Assembly: GCA_000092065.1 (NCBI GenBank)
Contig: CP000591.1
Length of the DNA: 64,000 nt
Strand: one strand, 5' to 3'
Source: Ostreococcus lucimarinus
Taxonomy: Eukaryota
Shown here piece by piece: positions 38,425 through 46,015 of this stretch. Position numbers and translations under genes: made by a program. A model generated the notes under the pieces. That model worked only from the letters and a program-made list of their open reading frames with translations. It ran no database searches and was not told the DNA's origin. Within the stretch, counting starts at the first letter, position 1. Each line of letters begins with the position of its first letter.

Positions 38425-38583
38425 TTTACCCGGTAGTCTTAATGCTCACGCGCGCGCCTTTAACCGACTTCGCGCGCGCTCGCCGTCGCGTTTTGTGTCG
38501 CTTCGGTCGCTCCACTCCCGGGTGTTTCACGCCCGAATCGTCGCGCCGCCGCGCGCCGCGCGTCACGCGCGCGCGCTCGAGCG

Positions 38584-41500
38584 ATGTCGTTCGACCTGCG
38601 CTGCGCCGTCCTGTGCTACGCCCTCGCCGGCGTCGCGCACGAGCTCGCGCACGTCCTCGCGCACGCCGCGCTCGCGCTCGCGAAGCGTCGCGGGTCGGTC
38701 GCCGTCTTCGACGCGTGCGCCGCGCTCGACGCGCGCGCGTCGCCGTCGTCGCTCGCGGCGACGCTCGCGCGCGCGCTCGGACGGTGGAGCGCGTTCGCGG
38801 ACGCGCTCGACGACGCGTCGTGCGCGAACGCGCGCGCGATCGTGCGATGGGCGGGCGCGCTGGCGAGCCTGGGCGCGGCGGCGGCGGCGACGACGCGAAC
38901 GCGAGGCGACAAAAGCGGAACGAGCGCGGCGCTGCGAGTCGCGTGCTGGGCGACGGTCCTGGACGCGGTGTGCACGGACGTGCTGGACGCGCTGCCGCGC
39001 GCGCGAGGGACGGTGCTGTGCGGGAACTTTGGGATTATTTTGATAAACGCGGCGTGGTGCGAGAGCGAACGCGGGAAGCGGGCGTTTGATTTGTTGGAGA
39101 AGATGGTGTACGTGACGATGATGCGAGGGGCGCAGAGCGGTGGAGTCGTGACGTTCGACGAGTGCCGTGAGAAGGCGCGAGGGGAGGGTGCGGCTGTGGC
39201 GCTGCGCGGCGCGAGAAGTCGCGTGGTGAACATGAAGCGCACGGATTTGAGCAAGCTCGTGCGAGCAAAGGCGGAACGCGACTGCGGAGGGGCGAAGATG
39301 GGTCGACAAAACGTCACGCGCATGATCGTCGGCCACACGCGGTTCGCGACGACGTCCAAGGCTACGTTTGACGGCACGCATCCGCATCAGTGGTCGCCGC
39401 CGCAGCAGTGTCTCGTGTACGGGCAAAAACAGAAAACGCCCGGGCCGACGCGCGTCGGCGTGGAGAATTACATCACGCACAACGGCGATTTCGACTTTTA
39501 CCAAATCAACAAAAACTGGTACGAGCTCGGTGAGATGCAGCGGTGGTTAGAAATCGCCACGGGACATCCCATGCCGAGCGTGGTGGATTCTGCCGCCATC
39601 GCTGGCGTTATCGATTTACTCAGAGCGCAGGGGAGCTTCGCGCTCGCCGCGAGATTTGCGGTGTGCGTGGGGCTGAACACGAGCGACGCGTCGAAGGACG
39701 CCCCCGTGCCAACGCTCGCGAAATTCGAAGAAATCGCGCGGTATTTTGAAAACGCTTTGGATGCGTCGCTGAGTGCAGGTAAACATACCGTTCGCGAGCT
39801 CGGCTTTCAGGCGAGCACGCGCGAGTTGCTCACGGAAAAGGTCGTATCCGCGCTCGAGGGCGAAGGCAAAGCAGCGATCGAGTGCATCAACTATTACATC
39901 GATGAAGAAATGGGATCGAGTCTACGACACTTTGTGCGATCGACGATCGATGCATTCTTCGACAACGATAGCTTATTCGTGACGAAGACATTTCTCGCCA
40001 ACGCGAAAGGTTCGTTTGGTTTGATGGTGACAAACTCTTTAGATGCGCATCGGCAGCTTTGCGTCGCCGCGCGGGGGCAAACTATAAGCATCGCGTTCTA
40101 CCCGAAGAAGGGTTTGATTTGTTACGGCTCTGAACAAGCCGCCGTTAAAGCGGGTTTGTCGATCCCGACACCAGGTGGTGACGTGTTGGCGAGCGTTCAC
40201 GGCGGTGAATTCGGCGACGACAACGCCGCCGTGCGTCTCGACTTGGACGATTTGAATGGCGAAATTTGTTTGTTAGATTGGGAAGACGGCGACGAACCCG
40301 CGGTGTCGTTCCCGAACTCGCACTTGGAGCAATACCCACTCATGGGTGGCAAAGTTACCGTCGTCCTCGCCGCTGAAGGTACATCTGGCGTGAGCAAGTC
40401 AACCATCGGAACGCCTGCGCAGAGTCTCGTCATGCGCAAGCCGAGCCTACACGTGGGCGTTAGCGTGGACAAGAAGCTGTTTCGCCGAATGACTCGACTC
40501 GAAGGGAACGACCTCATCAAGCCGCTTTTACCCGATCGAGAGGACTTGGTGCTGCACGATATTCACGATATTCCCAAAATTTTGCGAAACATTCAGGAAG
40601 ACTGGCAAAATCGCCCACAGGCCACGATTAGTCTCAATCGACTCACGGCTTGGAACCTTGCGCGTTGTTTGCGGCGACGTCTCGATCGCCGACTCAACAG
40701 TACGACAAAGTCATCGCGTTCAATAGATGTCGTCGTCACCGGTTGTGAAGTGTCGCTTTGGCTAGCCGAACAATTTGCGGCTGATTTACAGCAAGCGTTC
40801 CCCCGGCTGACGGTGAAAGCTGTGAGCTCGAATAAAATACTCGGTTTGTTCGGCCAAGACATTCCCATCCCAACAGTGGGATTCCCAGACTCAAAGAAGA
40901 ACGATGACTTTACGGACTCTGTCGTCATTGTCGTCAGTCACTCTGGCGGGACGTTTGCGCCACTCGCGACTTCGAATCTCCTCGTGAGCTCCACGAGCTC
41001 CATCTTCGTCGTCGCCAGCGAATGGGACACACAAATCGGCAAACAACTCAGAGCGATCAAGTCTGATGGGGCCTTCTGCAGCCGTATCTTTAGCACAGAT
41101 GTTGGCGTCCGACCAGCTGAGCCGTGTTCGGTGAGCGTTGCGGCGACGCAGCAACTTTTGACGCAAATTTTCATGCACATGTCACTCGTGATTCTCGGTA
41201 ACGCCGATTACCGCAAGTACGCGGGCGCCGTGGTTACGAAGCACGACTTGGCGGAACTCGAAAGGTGCAATCAAATGAACATCACCGCGCTGGAAGAAAT
41301 AGTGGGAGTGAAAGCGACGGGCGAAAAGGTCGACTCGTCGACGGAGCGTAGTCTTCGAGCGCAAGGCGACGAGTGGTCCGATCACGTTCTCGAAGGCGTC
41401 AAGGGGTGGATGATGTCGTTTGCATACATCGTCGGCACCGTAACGGCGGGATACCCGCTCATCACCGGCGTTGCCGCCGCTTGTGGACTCGCGGCGACTT

Positions 41501-42900
41501 GGGCGTTTTACCTCACACGATTCTTCGACGCGTTGATTTACGTGTTTCTTCCTCAAATCAACATAACCATTATTCGTTTGGTGCAAGGACGAAACTTGCG
41601 TCATCGCATGACGGGTCGAACGGTTGTCATCGGCGACGTTCCGTGGGTCGCACAGGCTGCAGATGCGTTTCTGTCAAAGATTTTTGCATGCTCGTACTCT
41701 GCCGCTGGGTTGAACGTTCTCAGTGGTAATCCAAACGATCATCTCGTGCACCGACACACGCACCGCGTCGTTCGCGGCGCATTGCTCGTGGTCGGTCGTC
41801 CCGACGGTAGGCTCGCCGCGCTAACGTCCGCTGAGGCGACGACATCGCTCTCGCTCGCCCAAGCAAGTTCTATCCAAAGTTACGGCGGAACGTGCGAATC
41901 GATCACGATCGGGCACTCACCGTATAAGCTTCCACTATCAAAGAATGGTATCTTCCTCAAACGACACCGCCCGATGTACTTGTGCGAGAAGCTCGTGCTC
42001 GAGCGCGAGGGGGAAAAGAGTTTAGACGGTCGCTCGCCCGGCTCCTTGCTCGGCGTGTACAACAAGTATCACGAGGAAGGGGCGGAACTCTCTGTACATT
42101 CGCTTTCGCGTCGAAACGCGGTGCAAGTTCTCACAGCTTCGAGGATTAAGGCGGATAGACAGAAGGGTAATTTGCGCTCGGTGTTCGACGAAATCGACGT
42201 CAACCGCGACGGCAAACTATGCCTCGCTGAGTTCACGCAAGCGTACAAGAAAGTGGACGAATCGCTCACAGACGCACAAATAGCGAAGCTTTTCCGCGAT
42301 GCAGACGTTGACAACAGCGGTACATTGGACTACGATGAGTTTTGCGAAGTCATGAACCTTCCCGAAATGGACATGTTGAACATTCTCGAGGCAGATGCTC
42401 GAAACGAGGAAGGTTTGCTCATGGTGGAGCCGTCGCACGAAGATTATTTCGGGCAATCCATTCGACGAAGCGCACCGAAAAAGATCAAGGCGTACACTCT
42501 GGTGGAGTCTCAAGAGTTCAGCATGAGCTTGTACGAATCACGAATCGCGTCTTTGCAGCGCTTCGTCTCCATGACGGTGATGTTTCACCAAATGGGTGAC
42601 CGGGCTCAAAAGTTTTGGCGAAACGTCTCTTTCGGATATCTGGGATATCGCATGGATCGCACGCACAGTATCATGCGTATCGCCACCACGGCCTCACCCG
42701 TGAGCGGCGCTGAAGTGCGCGACCGGCGTCATTTTATCGCCCTCGTCACCGCGTTCAACAACGCGCTCGGCGTCATCGACAACTCCGGCCACATTCTTCT
42801 CTCTCGAAGACGCACGGAAAGCTACCGCCTCACATCGCGGCAAAAGTCCGCCGCGAGGCTTTCGCGTCAGAGCTCCGTCGCTAGCGCCACTGGCGCGTGA
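38584..42900 (+). CDS. Large multidomain protein: class-II glutamine amidotransferase (Ntn) domain, two SIS domains (GlmS/GFAT-like architecture), an EF-hand pair and a C-terminal extension
   Basis: GATase II: LCGNFGIIL...LLEKMVYVTMMRGAQSGGVVTFD...VGHTRFATTSKATFDGTHPHQW...YITHNGDFDFY. SIS: IDVVVTGCEVSLWLAEQF...VVIVVSHSGGTFAPLATS, with a second SIS-like block. EF-hands: DEIDVNRDGKLCLAEF and DADVDNSGTLDYDEF. ATG verified at 38584. The catalytic Cys lies about 150 aa from the N-terminus. Confidence 0.8.
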   Translation: MSFDLRCAVLCYALAGVAHELAHVLAHAALALAKRRGSVAVFDACAALDARASPSSLAATLARALGRWSAFADALDDASCANARAIVRWAGALASLGAAAAATTRTRGDKSGTSAALRVACWATVLDAVCTDVLDALPRARGTVLCGNFGIILINAAWCESERGKRAFDLLEKMVYVTMMRGAQSGGVVTFDECREKARGEGAAVALRGARSRVVNMKRTDLSKLVRAKAERDCGGAKMGRQNVTRMIVGHTRFATTSKATFDGTHPHQWSPPQQCLVYGQKQKTPGPTRVGVENYITHNGDFDFYQINKNWYELGEMQRWLEIATGHPMPSVVDSAAIAGVIDLLRAQGSFALAARFAVCVGLNTSDASKDAPVPTLAKFEEIARYFENALDASLSAGKHTVRELGFQASTRELLTEKVVSALEGEGKAAIECINYYIDEEMGSSLRHFVRSTIDAFFDNDSLFVTKTFLANAKGSFGLMVTNSLDAHRQLCVAARGQTISIAFYPKKGLICYGSEQAAVKAGLSIPTPGGDVLASVHGGEFGDDNAAVRLDLDDLNGEICLLDWEDGDEPAVSFPNSHLEQYPLMGGKVTVVLAAEGTSGVSKSTIGTPAQSLVMRKPSLHVGVSVDKKLFRRMTRLEGNDLIKPLLPDREDLVLHDIHDIPKILRNIQEDWQNRPQATISLNRLTAWNLARCLRRRLDRRLNSTTKSSRSIDVVVTGCEVSLWLAEQFAADLQQAFPRLTVKAVSSNKILGLFGQDIPIPTVGFPDSKKNDDFTDSVVIVVSHSGGTFAPLATSNLLVSSTSSIFVVASEWDTQIGKQLRAIKSDGAFCSRIFSTDVGVRPAEPCSVSVAATQQLLTQIFMHMSLVILGNADYRKYAGAVVTKHDLAELERCNQMNITALEEIVGVKATGEKVDSSTERSLRAQGDEWSDHVLEGVKGWMMSFAYIVGTVTAGYPLITGVAAACGLAATWAFYLTRFFDALIYVFLPQINITIIRLVQGRNLRHRMTGRTVVIGDVPWVAQAADAFLSKIFACSYSAAGLNVLSGNPNDHLVHRHTHRVVRGALLVVGRPDGRLAALTSAEATTSLSLAQASSIQSYGGTCESITIGHSPYKLPLSKNGIFLKRHRPMYLCEKLVLEREGEKSLDGRSPGSLLGVYNKYHEEGAELSVHSLSRRNAVQVLTASRIKADRQKGNLRSVFDEIDVNRDGKLCLAEFTQAYKKVDESLTDAQIAKLFRDADVDNSGTLDYDEFCEVMNLPEMDMLNILEADARNEEGLLMVEPSHEDYFGQSIRRSAPKKIKAYTLVESQEFSMSLYESRIASLQRFVSMTVMFHQMGDRAQKFWRNVSFGYLGYRMDRTHSIMRIATTASPVSGAEVRDRRHFIALVTAFNNALGVIDNSGHILLSRRRTESYRLTSRQKSAARLSRQSSVASATGA

Positions 42901-42990
42901 ATCTAGCGCATCTCGCGCCCATTTGTTTTAATACCGAAGCGCCGTCGCGTCTCGCTCTCGTCCCGCCCTCGCCCCAGACCTCGCCGCGCG

Positions 42991-44370
42991 ATGCGCCGCC
43001 GCGCCCTCGCGCGCGCGCTCGCGCGCTGGTGCGACGCGCCGTTGTCGTCGTCTCGTCCGTCGCCTCGCGCGCGAACGATCGCCCGCGCGTCGTCGACGAA
43101 GCCAAACGACGACGACGAAAACTTTGTCCCGAGCGCCAAAGCGCGCGCCTTCATGCGCGCGTTAAACCTTCGCGACGACGATCTCACGACCGCTCGCGAC
43201 GAGGTGCGACCGAGGGACAAAGCTTACGTCGATCGGCGTCGCGTGCGCGCGGAGGGAGGACGCGGCGGCGGCGGGGTGGCGTCGTTCGCGATGGATGGCG
43301 GTTCGCGGCGGCGACGCGGCGCCGACGGCGGCGACGGCGGTAAGGGCGGCGACGTCGTTCTCGTGGCATGCGCGCGGACGAAAGGGCTGGGAGACGTGAA
43401 GAATTTATTGCGAGGCGCGACGGGAGGTGCGGGAGGGGCGCAGGGACGGATCGGGAGTCGAGGCGCGGACGCGCGCGCGCGCGTGCCGCTAGGGACCATC
43501 GTGTGGCGCGAACTCGCGGACGGCGACGACGACGGCGGCGGCGGCGCGATCGATTTCACGCACTGGGGCACGGATTCACCGGTATCGTCGACGGCGGACG
43601 CGTCGGAAAGCGACGATGAATCGCGAGTGAATGAGAATGGTTGGACGCGGCCGCGCGGGCTCAGTAGAGGCGAATGGCTCGTCGTCGCCGACTTGACGCG
43701 CGACGGACAAACGTGCGTGCTCGCCCGAGGCGGGAAGGGAGGTAAAGGGAATAAACGCATGCCCGTTGGACGCGAAGCCGGGACGCGCGAGCCGGGCGCT
43801 CCGGGTGAAGAAGGTAAATTCGTGTTGGAGTTGAAAACCGTCGCCGACGTCGGGCTGGTGGGACTGCCGAACGCGGGAAAAAGCACGCTCTTGCGCGCTT
43901 TGTCCAACGCGACGCCGCGCGTCGGGTCTTACGCGTTCACCACGATGCAACCACAACTTGGCGCGGTATCGGCAACGGACGGCGAGACGATCACGCTGGC
44001 AGACATTCCCGGCTTGATCAAAGGGGCACACGAAAACAAAGGGTTGGGGCATAATTTCTTGCGACACGTCGAGCGATGCGAGGCGTTGGCGTACGTGGTA
44101 GATTTATCGAGCGGCGACGGCGTCAAACCTTGGGATGCGTTGGATATCCTCAAGCGCGAGTTGGAGGAGTACTTACCAGGACTTTCTAAACGCCCTGGGT
44201 TCATCGTCGCGACGAAGACGGATTTGCCGCACACGGCGCGGACGTTGAAGGCGCTTCGAGCGCGCACGGCGCCTACGCCCGTCTTTGCTGTGTCAGCGGC
44301 GAATCGCGAAGGCACGGACGAGGTTCTTCGCGTGTTTGAGAACGAAATCATAGGAAATAGACGAGTGTAG
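42991..44370 (+). CDS. OBG: Obg/CgtA-family GTPase (organellar, with presequence)
   Basis: Obg glycine-rich N-terminal fold (GGRGGGGVASFAMDGGSRRRRGADGGDGGKGGDVVLV) and the G domain with G1 GLVGLPNAGKSTLL, G2 T and G3 ADIPGLI. ATG verified at 42991. Confidence 0.9.
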   Translation: MRRRALARALARWCDAPLSSSRPSPRARTIARASSTKPNDDDENFVPSAKARAFMRALNLRDDDLTTARDEVRPRDKAYVDRRRVRAEGGRGGGGVASFAMDGGSRRRRGADGGDGGKGGDVVLVACARTKGLGDVKNLLRGATGGAGGAQGRIGSRGADARARVPLGTIVWRELADGDDDGGGGAIDFTHWGTDSPVSSTADASESDDESRVNENGWTRPRGLSRGEWLVVADLTRDGQTCVLARGGKGGKGNKRMPVGREAGTREPGAPGEEGKFVLELKTVADVGLVGLPNAGKSTLLRALSNATPRVGSYAFTTMQPQLGAVSATDGETITLADIPGLIKGAHENKGLGHNFLRHVERCEALAYVVDLSSGDGVKPWDALDILKRELEEYLPGLSKRPGFIVATKTDLPHTARTLKALRARTAPTPVFAVSAANREGTDEVLRVFENEIIGNRRV

Positions 44371-44421
44371 CGATTTAGCGACAGATGTAGATAACTAACA
44401 AGAACTAGAGGTGCAGTAAGT

Positions 44422-45798
44422 TTACGCCGATTGCCGCGTTGGACGCGCGCTTCGCGCATTGGGCGCGCGCTCCTTTTTCGACGACGATTTCCGAGCGGGC
44501 GCGCGCGCCTTACTCTCACGAGTACTCCCTTCCAATGGCGAAAGCTCAGCATCTCGTTCTCGCTCTGCCGCCGCGTTCAGCTTGCGTTGCCACGAAATCA
44601 AGTACGCCGCCGTCGTCGTGACGGCGACGATCCACGCGATGACTACGTGACGAGGCCAAGGAGCGGTGAATTTACCGCGACCGTTTTTCACGACGACCAA
44701 AAATTCAACGATGAGCACCGCGAGCGCTAACCACGCGTTCGGGCCGAGCTTGGCCTCCCCCACGTCCGGGGTTTCGATGAAGACGTAATATTCGCGAATC
44801 GCGATGTTAGACATGGCGAACCACAACCCGAGACGGTACAAGCAAAAGTTGTGCGACGGCGGCACGTGCAAGACGAACTTCATGAAGAACAGGTTCAAGT
44901 CAAACACCAACCCACAAAACACGAGAAACGCGCACTTCAAGAACCGACTGGGCGATCCGGTGGGACGCCACGTGTAGTGATCGACGCTCGCCGGCGTGAG
45001 CGACGTCAAAACCGTCTTCAGCGCTCCGCGCACCGGCGAACGCGGCGGCTCCTTCGCCGCCGCCGATCGAGACGACGCCTTCTTCCCGCTCCAATCGTGA
45101 AATTTCCCACGCATGAACTTCACGAGCCACATTCCCGCACAGATGCCCAACAAGTTACAAATCATCACGTCCCACACCCACATGTCCCACCAGCACTCGT
45201 TAAAATTGGGTTGCCAGTGCTCAAACGTCAGCTCGCACAGCTCGAACGCGATTGAATACGCCCACAACAACCCCCAATCCCTGATCGCCACCGCCTTACC
45301 GAACCATCCCAGCACGTGAGCCACGGTAAACTCATCGAACAGCGTTTCGTACACGATTCCAAACGATCCGCTTCGATGTCCCGGCGTGTACACGCGGCAA
45401 TCGCCGCCGTAGCTCCTCGTCGGCAGCGGCGTCCCCAAGTCGTCCCAAAAGAATTTCAGCATCTTTTGCGCGTCCGCGGGCGTTTGAAACAGCAGCACTA
45501 TCAACGCCAGAAGGTACATCGTGAACGCCGCGTGCACCACCTTCCACACCGCCGCGTGCGGTCGCGTCATGTGCGTCGCCGGTCCCTGCAGCGCGCCGTA
45601 CGCCAGGTACGCGCCCAGCGCGCCCGTCGCGCCTCGACGGATCCCGTCCTCCGTCGTCCATCGCGCGTCGTTCGCGTCGTTCGCGAACGCGTGCGTGGCG
45701 ACCGCCAGCGCGACCGCGCCGCACGCGAGCATCGTGAGCGTGTGCGGCGAGCGCGCGAGTCGCGCGACCGTCGACGTGCTATTCTCGGCCCATCGCAT
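44422..45798 (-). CDS. PSS: Phosphatidylserine synthase, base-exchange type (PTDSS1/2-like)
   Basis: The PSS family block YSIAFELCELTFEHWQPNFNECWWDMWVWDVMICNLLGICAGMW matches the PTDSS signature (ELTF.H.LPNF.ECWWD), and the protein is polytopic. ATG at 45798; the upstream 285 codons of the 46653 ORF are an artefact. Confidence 0.85.
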   Translation of the reverse strand: MRWAENSTSTVARLARSPHTLTMLACGAVALAVATHAFANDANDARWTTEDGIRRGATGALGAYLAYGALQGPATHMTRPHAAVWKVVHAAFTMYLLALIVLLFQTPADAQKMLKFFWDDLGTPLPTRSYGGDCRVYTPGHRSGSFGIVYETLFDEFTVAHVLGWFGKAVAIRDWGLLWAYSIAFELCELTFEHWQPNFNECWWDMWVWDVMICNLLGICAGMWLVKFMRGKFHDWSGKKASSRSAAAKEPPRSPVRGALKTVLTSLTPASVDHYTWRPTGSPSRFLKCAFLVFCGLVFDLNLFFMKFVLHVPPSHNFCLYRLGLWFAMSNIAIREYYVFIETPDVGEAKLGPNAWLALAVLIVEFLVVVKNGRGKFTAPWPRHVVIAWIVAVTTTAAYLISWQRKLNAAAERERDAELSPLEGSTRESKARAPARKSSSKKERAPNARSARPTRQSA

Positions 45799-46015
45799 CT
45801 TCGCGCGCGCGTCGCGTCGAGCGCGTCGCGCGCCCGGCGCGGCGCGCGGTGCGTTCGCGCGCGGCGCGCGGTGCGTTCGCGCGCGCGGTGCGCGTCGAGC
45901 GTTCGCGCGCGTCGGCCGTCGCGCGTCTCGAAGTGAAGATTTGTCGTCGACGGTGCATCGCGTCCACGCGCGCGCGAACGCGACCGCCACACGCGCGCGC
46001 GCGCGCGACGACGCG

